From Deltaproteobacteria bacterium (GTDB lineage: Bacteria; Myxococcota_A; UBA9160; SMWR01): a stretch of 13,777 bases of DNA. Both the position numbers and the translations under genes were made by a program. The notes beneath the pieces were generated by a model, which saw only the letters and a program-made list of their open reading frames with translations, did no database searches and was not told the DNA's origin. Within the stretch, counting starts at the first letter, position 1, and each line of letters opens with the position of its first letter. Location of the stretch: NCBI GenBank assembly GCA_032128375.1, contig JAQBGU010000032.1, forward strand, positions 1-13,777. Direction: 5' to 3'. This document shows positions 6,949 to 13,777 of the stretch, one piece after another.

Positions 6949-7116
6949 GTGGATCGACATCCCGCGACAGAATTTCCAGTGCAGTTCCGGACCGGGTGGC
7001 TCGCGACCTGATTGGCAGCCATCATGGGCCCGAGCCAACGCACAGATCGAACTTCGAATTTCGGCCACTAGCCCTCGTCACTGAATTTCGTTAGCTTGAT
7101 CGGTCACTTCCGAGCC

Positions 7117-7122
7117 AGGAGA
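7117..7122 (+). promoter_or_regulatory. Shine-Dalgarno sequence of ecm
   Basis: AGGAGA 6 nt upstream of ATG 7129. Confidence 0.75.
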
Positions 7123-7128
7123 AGCCGA

Positions 7129-9132
7129 ATGTCTGCTTCGCAGGCGGCCGTGCGAGACCGTCCGTGGGTATTCCGCACCTATTCCGGACATTCGTCCGCC
7201 CGTGCCAGCAACGAGCTGTACCGGACGAATCTCGAGAAGGGGCAAACCGGGCTCTCGGTCGCGTTCGATCTACCGACGCAGACCGGCTACGACTCGGACC
7301 ATCCGTTGGCTCACGGTGAAGTGGGCAAGGTCGGCGTCCCGATCTGCCACATCGACGACATGAGCGCGCTGTTCCACGAGCTGCCGCTCGACAAGATGAA
7401 CACGTCGATGACAATCAACGCGAACGCGGCGTGGCTGCTCTCACTGTATGTAGCGGCCGGAGAGCGCCAGGGCGTCGACCCGAGGCTGCTGCAGGGGACG
7501 ACGCAAAACGACATCGTCAAGGAATACCTGTCTCGCGGCACCTACATCTTCCCGCCGGAAGCCTCGATGCGCCTCGTCAGCGACATCGTCTCGTACACAG
7601 TCGTTGCGATCCCGAAGTGGAATCCGACGAACATCTGCTCGTATCACCTGCAGGAGGCCGGCGCGACCCCGGTTCAGGAGATCGCCTACGCGATGGCGAC
7701 TGCGATCGCCGTACTCGACACCGTTCGGGAGCGCGGCGAGATACCCGAGGAGGTGTTCTGCGATGTCGTCGGGCGGATTTCCTTCTTTTTGAACTCCGGG
7801 ATCCGCTTCGTCGAAGAAATCTGCAAGGGTCGAGCCATGGCGGAGATCTGGTACGACTTGACCGGCGATCGTTACGGCGTGACCGATCCCAAATTGCGCC
7901 GGTTTCGGTACGGGGTGCAGGTGAACAGCTTGGGCCTGACCGAAGCGCAGCCGGAAAACAATGTGATCCGCATCGTGCTAGAGACGCTGGGTGTGACGTT
8001 CTCGAAGAAAGCGCGCTGCCGAGCGCTGCAGCTGCCGGCGTGGAACGAAGCTCTCGGCTTGCCGCGACCGTGGGACCAACAGTGGTCGCTGCGGATTCAA
8101 CAGATCTTGGCATTCGAAACCGATCTTCTCGAGTTCGAGGATCTCTTCGACGGGTCTCATGTGATCGAAGCCAAAGTCGAAGAGCTCAAGAAGGCGGCGC
8201 TCGACGAACTCAATGTGGTCCTCGACATGGGCGGCGCGATCGCTGCGGTCGAAAGCGCGTACATGAAGCAACGCCTGGTCGAATCGCAGACGCATCGCTC
8301 TCGATCGATCGAAAACGGTGACATCACGGTCGTGGGCGTCAACGAGTACACGTCATCGGAACCGTCGCCACTGACCGAAGGCGAACAGTCCATTCTAAAA
8401 ATCGATGTGTCCGCAGAGCGGGAACAGATCGAACGGCTCCGCGCCTTCCGCAGCGCCCGCAACGACGCAGACGTGACATCGGCGCTGCGCGGTCTGGAAG
8501 ACGCGCTGAAAAATGGGGACAACGTGATGCCCTCGTCGATCCGCGCTGCGCACGCGGGCGTCACGACCGGAGAATGGTCCGACGCGTTGCGCCAAATTTT
8601 CGGCGAATACCGCGCGCCCACCGGAGTCGTCGGCATCGCAGGCGCTCACGGCACCCAAGAGACCGCTGCCGTGCGCGAGCGAGTCCACCAGCTTGCGGCC
8701 AAATTGGGTCGCCGGCCGAAGATCCTGGTCGGCAAACCGGGGCTCGACGGACACAGCAACGGCGCCGAGCAAATCGCAGTCAGAGCGCGAGATGTCGGCA
8801 TGGAAGTCGTGTACGACGGCATCCGCTTGTCACCTGCGGCGATCGCGCAGTCCGCGCAGGATGAAGGTGTACACGTCGTCGGGCTCTCGATCCTCTCGGG
8901 GTCGCACAGCGTGCTGGTGCTCGATGTGCTCAAGGAACTTCGCAGCAGAGGGCTCGAGGACATTCCGGTTGTCATCGGCGGCATCATCCCGGATGATGAC
9001 GCCGCTTCACTCCGCGAAGCTGGTGTGAGAGCTGTCTACACTCCGAAGGACTTCGACCTCACGCGAATCATGGCAGACATTGTCGAACTGCTCACGGTCA
9101 ATTGGCTCGCGGAGCTCACCCCTGAGCATTGA
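7129..9132 (+). CDS. ecm: Adenosylcobalamin-dependent ethylmalonyl-CoA mutase (protein MeaA), methylmalonyl-CoA mutase family, fused B12-binding domain
   Basis: 667 aa from ATG 7129, which has a good RBS and is preferred over TTG 7096. RDRPWVFRTYSGHS, GQTGLSVAFDLPTQ.GYD, GTTQND, NICSYHLQEAGA. The Ecm-type RYGVQVNS and LQLPAWNE replace the MCM-type RTH.QTSG and LHTN. B12-binding motif KPGLDGHSNG (MCM has DGHDRG), plus GLSILSGSH and GGIIP. Confidence 0.93.
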   Translation: MSASQAAVRDRPWVFRTYSGHSSARASNELYRTNLEKGQTGLSVAFDLPTQTGYDSDHPLAHGEVGKVGVPICHIDDMSALFHELPLDKMNTSMTINANAAWLLSLYVAAGERQGVDPRLLQGTTQNDIVKEYLSRGTYIFPPEASMRLVSDIVSYTVVAIPKWNPTNICSYHLQEAGATPVQEIAYAMATAIAVLDTVRERGEIPEEVFCDVVGRISFFLNSGIRFVEEICKGRAMAEIWYDLTGDRYGVTDPKLRRFRYGVQVNSLGLTEAQPENNVIRIVLETLGVTFSKKARCRALQLPAWNEALGLPRPWDQQWSLRIQQILAFETDLLEFEDLFDGSHVIEAKVEELKKAALDELNVVLDMGGAIAAVESAYMKQRLVESQTHRSRSIENGDITVVGVNEYTSSEPSPLTEGEQSILKIDVSAEREQIERLRAFRSARNDADVTSALRGLEDALKNGDNVMPSSIRAAHAGVTTGEWSDALRQIFGEYRAPTGVVGIAGAHGTQETAAVRERVHQLAAKLGRRPKILVGKPGLDGHSNGAEQIAVRARDVGMEVVYDGIRLSPAAIAQSAQDEGVHVVGLSILSGSHSVLVLDVLKELRSRGLEDIPVVIGGIIPDDDAASLREAGVRAVYTPKDFDLTRIMADIVELLTVNWLAELTPEH

Positions 9133-10099
9133 GCTCGCCCGCAGGCTTCTGGCCCGCGATCGCGCCGCAGTTCCCGAGGCACTCAACCTCGCGGACGACA
9201 ACCGGCCCGAACGGCGCCAGTTGGCGCTCGAAATGCTCGATGCGCTCGAGAAGCAGACGCCCTTCCCGGGGGCCCCCCGGATCGGATTGACTGGGGCGCC
9301 CGGCTCGGGGAAGTCGACGTTGCTCGACGCATTCGTCCGCGAGCTCCGTCCTCGCGGCGAAACGGTGGCGATCGTGGCGATCGACCCATCGAGTCGCAGT
9401 AGCGGTGGCGCCCTGCTGGGTGACCGGGTCCGGGTCCGCTCAGCTGCCACGGATCCGGGCGTGTTCATTCGGTCGATGGCGGCACGCGACCAGCTCGGTG
9501 GGCTTTCGGAAAGCACCTGGGCGGCGGTCTCGATACTCTCCGCCAGTTTCGACCGGGTTTTTGTCGAAACGGTAGGCGTGGGACAATCTGAAAGCGAAGT
9601 CTCGTCGTTGGTCGATGTATTGGTCTATGTTGCCACGCCAGGCGCCGGCGACTCGCTTCAGTTCATGAAGGCCGGGATTCTGGAATATCCGGACATTTTC
9701 ATCGTCAATAAAGCCGATCTCGGCGCAGCAGCATCGCGGACTGCGGCTGAACTTCAAAGCGGAGTCTCACTCGGGGAACGGGGTGCGTCTGCCGAAAAGC
9801 CCACGGTGGTTCTGATTTCTGCACGAGACGGTACTGGCATCGATGAACTCATCGAGTGCATCGATGCCCACATCGAACGACAATTGAAACACGACGGATT
9901 GCGCGCCCGTCGGAAAATCGGGCGCGAGAACCAAGTACTACGGGTTCTCGAGCGGCGCTACGGAACCTTCGGCGTTGAAAGGCTCGGCGGACGAAGAGTC
10001 CTGCTGGATCGGATCGGCGAGACCGACGAGAGGTCCGCGTTCCTCTTGCTCTCACAGCTCAGCCAGCAGATCGAATCTGCTCTCGGAAGAACTGACTGA
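9080..10099 (+). CDS. meaB: MeaB/ArgK (MMAA) family G3E GTPase, chaperone of B12-dependent mutase (start uncertain: TTG 9080 or CTG 9122)
   Basis: P-loop IGLTGAPGSGKST, AIDPSS, GGALLGDRVR, VFIRS, ETVGVGQSE, GDSLQFMKAG, VNKAD, ISA. Overlaps the ecm stop. Confidence 0.93.
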   Translation: MSNCSRSIGSRSSPLSIELARRLLARDRAAVPEALNLADDNRPERRQLALEMLDALEKQTPFPGAPRIGLTGAPGSGKSTLLDAFVRELRPRGETVAIVAIDPSSRSSGGALLGDRVRVRSAATDPGVFIRSMAARDQLGGLSESTWAAVSILSASFDRVFVETVGVGQSESEVSSLVDVLVYVATPGAGDSLQFMKAGILEYPDIFIVNKADLGAAASRTAAELQSGVSLGERGASAEKPTVVLISARDGTGIDELIECIDAHIERQLKHDGLRARRKIGRENQVLRVLERRYGTFGVERLGGRRVLLDRIGETDERSAFLLLSQLSQQIESALGRTD

Positions 10100-13036
10100 A
10101 TGTCTGAATCCATCGAAGGGCTGTTCAAAGCGGTGCGCTCAGCGTGCACGGCGACAGCATGGTCACGCGGGGTCGAACTTTCGCGCGCGAACGCGGTCAA
10201 CGGTGAGTGCTCGGACGAAGACGAGATCCAGATCCGCATTTCCACGCGCGGCGGCCTGATTTGCCCGCTCGTCAGGCTTTTTCCCGACGACGAGGATTGG
10301 GACTGTGATTGCGCGAGCCGAGAAGACGCGTGTGAACACGCCGCGGCGGCCATCATCTCATTGAAGCAAGCTCGCAAAGATGGGCGGGATCTTCCCGGCA
10401 AAGGCGGGGCCGCCCCCGGACGAATCGGTTACCGCTTCACCCGCCACAACGGCGGACTCTCATTGGACCGCGTGGTCGTGACCGGAAAGGACTCGCCTCC
10501 GCTGCGCGTCGCGCTGGCTTCTGTGGCGTCTGGGCGCGCCGACGGCCCGGAGTTTCTCGCCACACAATCGGACCTGAAGGTCGACCAGTTGCTTGGGGCC
10601 CGGCTCTACGGCGTGATCCCTCGGGGCCTCGTGACGAAGCTGGTCGAAGCGCTGGAAGGCGCCGAAAACCTCCAGCTCGATGGCCAGCCCGTCAAGACTT
10701 CGTCGAAGCCCGTGGTACCGCACGGCCGGCTGGTCGACGACGAGAAGGGCTTTCGGCTGTACATCGAGCGAGATCCCAGCATCACCGAGGTGTTTCACAA
10801 CGGCGTGGTGCTGTGTGGAGACGTGTTGCGAACCGTCGGCGATTCAAACCTGACAGGGCGCGAGTTGGAACAACTGACGCGCGGCCGGATTTTCACTGCC
10901 GATGCCGTCGCAGAGCTGGTAACCGAGATCCTGCCGTCGCTCGAAGAGCGGATTCCGGTCAAGGTGGAAACCAAGGGACTCCCCCGCACGGTCCGGGAGG
11001 TCCCGCGGCTCGTGATCGACGTCAAGCGTGAGGCCGACGCGCTTTCTGTTCTACCGACATTGGTGTACGGGGATCCGATCATCGCGCGCGTGGATGCCGG
11101 ACATCTGACCGTGCTCGGTACCAAGGTGCCGCTGCGCGACGAGGTCGCCGAACGCAACCTGATCCGGCACTTGCAAAACGATCTCGAACTCATCCCAGGT
11201 CGGAAGCTGCGACTGAAGGGCGCCGATGCGGTGGATTTCGCCGCCCGACTCCATGAATGGGGTGGTGAAGTTCGTGGCGACGGTCACGAGGATTTCTACC
11301 TGGCCGAAGCGGTCGAACCGCGCTTCTCGGTCGGCGAAACCAGTTTCACTCTCGATTTCGAGTCGATACAGGCTGTAAATGGTGTGGGGAGTAGTGCGCC
11401 CCCGACTCGATCGGCCGACCCGAATCGGGTGCTGGCGGCCTGGCAAGAGGGGCTCACGCTGGTACCGCTGATCGGCGGTGGAATGGCGCCGCTGCCCGCG
11501 GACTGGCTGACGCGCTTTGGAGACCGGGTTGCAGACCTGCTGGCCGCGCGCGACGCGGCGGGCGATCTGCCGCGCTGCGCATTACCGGACCTGGCGCGAT
11601 TGTGCGAAGACCTCGAACTGCCGCCGCCGACCGCATACCAAGAGCTGCACGACATGCTGATGCGGCCCGGCGGGATCCCGGTCGCGGACCTGCCCGAAGA
11701 CCTCACAGCGACATTGCGCACCTACCAGCGGGCCGGTGTCGATTGGCTGTGCGCGCTGCGCGAGGCCGGCCTCGGCGCGCTGTTGGCCGACGATATGGGT
11801 CTGGGCAAGACCGTTCAGGCGCTGTGTGCGGTTACGGGTCGAACCCTCGTGGTGGCGCCCACCAGCGTGCTGCAGAACTGGGCCAATGAAATCAGCCGAT
11901 TCCGCCCCGGGCTTTCCTACATGCTGTATCACGGTGCGAATCGACAACTCGACCCCGACTGCGCGGTGACACTGACGACATACGCAATTTTGCGAATGGA
12001 TGCCGATACGCTCAGCGCGGAGCCGTGGGACACGGTAGTCCTCGACGAAGCGCAGGCCATCAAGAATCCCTCGAGCAAAGTCGCCCAAGCCGCCTACCGG
12101 TTGCGCGCCGACTTCAGGGTCACACTCAGTGGTACGCCGGTCGAGAACCGACTCGATGAGCTCTGGAGCCAGTTCCATTTCCTGAACCGCGGACTGCTCG
12201 GCAGCCGCAAGAATTTCGACGATCGCTACGCGAAGCCGATCGGCGCTGGAGACGTGGAACTCACCGGGAAGCTGAGGGACCGGATTCGACCTTTTGTGAT
12301 GCGGCGCCTGAAGCGCGAAGTCGCACCCGAATTGCCGCCGCGCACCGACGTGGTCATCCACGCGACGCTCAGCAAGAGCGAAAAAGACGTCTACGACGCG
12401 ATTCGCGCCGCCGCACTGACCGACGTCGTTTCGCAACTGTCGGCCGGGTCGAACGTGCTGCAAGCCCTCGAGGTTCTGCTGCGCTTGCGGCAGGCTTGCT
12501 GTCACCCTTCGCTGGTACCCGGCCAGCACGCGGAATCGTCGTCGAAAATCGACCTGTTGCTCGAATATCTCGACGAGGCGCTCGCCGAGGGACACAAGGC
12601 GCTGGTCTTCTCGCAATGGACTTCACTACTGGATCTGGTCGAGCCACATCTGAAGGCTGCCGACATCGCGTTCACTCGTCTGGATGGATCGACCCGCAAC
12701 CGTGGGGAGGTGGTCGAGGAGTTCCAGGACGAGAACGGTCCGCCGGTGCTACTGGCATCGCTCAAGGCCGGTGGGCTGGGATTGAACCTGACGGCTGCGG
12801 ACTGCGTGTTCATCTTGGATCCGTGGTGGAACCCCGCGGCCGAAGACCAGGCCGCCGACCGCGCGCATCGCATCGGTCAGAATCGCCCCGTCATGGTGTA
12901 TCGATTGGTCGCAGAACACACCGTGGAAGAGCGCATTCTCGCCCTCCAGGAGCGCAAACGCGCACTCAGCGAAGCGGCACTAGGCGGTGCCGGAGCTGCG
13001 CTGAAGCGCGACGAGCTGTTGGCACTGCTGGCCTGA
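10100..13036 (+). CDS. SNF2/SWI2-family helicase-like ATPase with N-terminal SWIM zinc finger
   Basis: 978 aa. SWIM motif CDCASREDACEH. LRTYQ..G..WL, Walker A LADDMGLGKT, VVAPTS, DEAQ, LSGTPVEN, RRLK, LRQACCHP, LVFSQW, GLNLTAAD, DPWWNPA.EDQA.DRAHRIGQ. The ATG directly follows the meaB TGA (TGAATG). Confidence 0.93.
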   Translation: MSESIEGLFKAVRSACTATAWSRGVELSRANAVNGECSDEDEIQIRISTRGGLICPLVRLFPDDEDWDCDCASREDACEHAAAAIISLKQARKDGRDLPGKGGAAPGRIGYRFTRHNGGLSLDRVVVTGKDSPPLRVALASVASGRADGPEFLATQSDLKVDQLLGARLYGVIPRGLVTKLVEALEGAENLQLDGQPVKTSSKPVVPHGRLVDDEKGFRLYIERDPSITEVFHNGVVLCGDVLRTVGDSNLTGRELEQLTRGRIFTADAVAELVTEILPSLEERIPVKVETKGLPRTVREVPRLVIDVKREADALSVLPTLVYGDPIIARVDAGHLTVLGTKVPLRDEVAERNLIRHLQNDLELIPGRKLRLKGADAVDFAARLHEWGGEVRGDGHEDFYLAEAVEPRFSVGETSFTLDFESIQAVNGVGSSAPPTRSADPNRVLAAWQEGLTLVPLIGGGMAPLPADWLTRFGDRVADLLAARDAAGDLPRCALPDLARLCEDLELPPPTAYQELHDMLMRPGGIPVADLPEDLTATLRTYQRAGVDWLCALREAGLGALLADDMGLGKTVQALCAVTGRTLVVAPTSVLQNWANEISRFRPGLSYMLYHGANRQLDPDCAVTLTTYAILRMDADTLSAEPWDTVVLDEAQAIKNPSSKVAQAAYRLRADFRVTLSGTPVENRLDELWSQFHFLNRGLLGSRKNFDDRYAKPIGAGDVELTGKLRDRIRPFVMRRLKREVAPELPPRTDVVIHATLSKSEKDVYDAIRAAALTDVVSQLSAGSNVLQALEVLLRLRQACCHPSLVPGQHAESSSKIDLLLEYLDEALAEGHKALVFSQWTSLLDLVEPHLKAADIAFTRLDGSTRNRGEVVEEFQDENGPPVLLASLKAGGLGLNLTAADCVFILDPWWNPAAEDQAADRAHRIGQNRPVMVYRLVAEHTVEERILALQERKRALSEAALGGAGAALKRDELLALLA

Positions 13037-13087
13037 CAGGCACGGTACTTTTTTCGTTGGTTCGATCGACCGGTACACTGCATCGAA

Positions 13088-13648
13088 TCAGCGATTGCGA
13101 CCGACCCACTCGACATCGGGAAGCTCGGCTCGCTTGTTCTCGACGCGGGCCATCACGAACAATAAGTCTGATAGCCGGTTCAGGTAGCCGAGCACTTCAG
13201 CGCTGAGCGGCTCGCTGCGATGCAGTGAAATGGTGCGTCGCTCGGCACGGCGGCACACCGTGCGCGCCAAATGGAACGCCGCGGCAGCGGTCGTACCGCC
13301 GGGCAGAATGAAGCGTTGCAGGGGCTGGAGCTCTGTCTCCAGTGAATCGATGTGCGCCTCGACCCGCTCGATGTCGGCTGCTGAGGGTTGCGGGATGCCG
13401 CCCTTCTCTCGTCGCCGTTCATCCGGCGTTGCGAGGTAGCCTCCCAGGTCGAACAGCAGTCCCTGGACGGTCTGCGAAATCACGCGCATGTCGTCGTGCG
13501 ACGTCGACGCGGCCGCCTGGCCCAAGCACGCATTGAGCTCGTCGACGGCACCGTAGGCGTCGACACGCGCGTGGTCCTTGCCGACCCGCTCGCCACCGAA
13601 CAGATCGGTCTCACCGCCATCTCCCCGCTTGGTATAGATTTTCACCAT
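13088..13648 (-). CDS. pduO: ATP:cob(I)alamin adenosyltransferase, PduO/MMAB type
   Basis: 186 aa. KIYTKRGDGGET.L, RV.K...RV.AYG.VDELN, Q..LFDLG..LATP, FILPGG, HLARTVCRRAER, YLNRLSDLLF.MAR. Confidence 0.95.
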   Translation of the reverse strand: MVKIYTKRGDGGETDLFGGERVGKDHARVDAYGAVDELNACLGQAAASTSHDDMRVISQTVQGLLFDLGGYLATPDERRREKGGIPQPSAADIERVEAHIDSLETELQPLQRFILPGGTTAAAAFHLARTVCRRAERRTISLHRSEPLSAEVLGYLNRLSDLLFVMARVENKRAELPDVEWVGRNR

Positions 13649-13658
13649 TGATCACCGA

Positions 13659-13775
13659 TCAACTCGCCAGCTCCTCATCGATAATCCGCTCGAGTTCAGG
13701 TTCGAGCGGCACCTGCGCAGACGGCGCTGCATTCGTCGAACCCACCTCGGCGCGACGCGCTTGGGTCTGCCGCTG
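13659..13775 (-). CDS. 3' end of an unidentified gene running in from beyond the window (partial)
   Basis: An open frame from the window edge translates as QRQTQARRAEVGSTNAAPSAQVPLEPELERIIDEELAS-stop (TGA at 13659..13661), ending 10 nt before the pduO ATG on the same strand, as in an operon. Too short to assign a product. Confidence 0.5.
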   Translation of the reverse strand, partial: QRQTQARRAEVGSTNAAPSAQVPLEPELERIIDEELAS

Positions 13776-13777
13776 CA

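Noticed and set aside
6886..7127. Possible cobalamin riboswitch upstream of ecm: AATAGGGAA (6886..6894), CCCGCGAC (6961..6968), GCCACT (7064..7069) and GAGCCAGGAGA (7112..7122) occur in the expected order
   Set aside because: The conserved CGGTG-AAT-CCG hairpin after AGGGAA, the ACTGT and GGGAAG elements and the CCTGCC end of the B12 box are absent. The spacing is wrong, and the last match is explained by the Shine-Dalgarno. An Infernal search with RF00174 would settle it.
7096..7128. TTG start for ecm given by the ORF track
   Set aside because: ATG 7129 has a well-spaced AGGAGA and lies just before the conserved RDRPW start of the family.
7431..8321. 296-aa alternative-frame ORF within ecm
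   Set aside because: Off-frame, Arg-rich, and fully inside a highly conserved gene.
11582..12616. 344-aa antisense ORF
   Set aside because: Opposite the conserved SNF2 ATPase core; a shadow ORF.
13037..13087. Possible intrinsic terminator between the convergent helicase and pduO (T6 run)
   Set aside because: No stable GC-rich hairpin precedes the T run, and the nearby GGTTCGATCGACC stem is too weak.
13659..13775. Resemblance of the partial C-terminus (ELERIIDEELA) to CcmH/CycL-type tails
   Set aside because: Only 38 residues are visible and the acidic helix is generic, so a product cannot be assigned.
1..13777. CRISPR arrays, tRNA/rRNA genes, IS elements, prophage or defence island (prompted by the SNF2 helicase and the tailspike-like motif)
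   Set aside because: No regularly spaced repeats, RNA-gene signatures, transposase, integrase, methylase, nuclease or phage structural genes were seen, and almost all the sequence is explained by the listed CDSs.

Overview
A GC-rich, gene-dense bacterial chromosomal window with no tRNA, rRNA, CRISPR array or mobile element that I can recognise. The left half encodes cell-envelope proteins. A predicted secreted protein carries an N-terminal dockerin-like double Ca-loop, a variant metzincin zinc-protease domain and Ig-like domains (23..1813). It overlaps by GTGA with a probable lipoprotein made of one cohesin-like domain (1810..2337), giving a candidate stand-alone, non-cellulosomal dockerin-cohesin system for tethering a protease. 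Convergent with this pair are srkA (Ser/Thr kinase) and a multi-TM GT-C-like, TPR-containing protein whose conserved-looking N-terminus lacks any ATG/GTG/TTG and probably starts at a CTG. Next is a secreted beta-helix-like protein ending in a phage-tailspike-like motif. The right half is a coenzyme-B12 mutase module: ethylmalonyl-CoA mutase (ecm/meaA), meaB GTPase chaperone and a SWIM/SNF2 helicase in one coupled run, facing a PduO-type cobalamin adenosyltransferase and the 3' end of a further gene. All family assignments come from motif recognition by eye; no searches were run.
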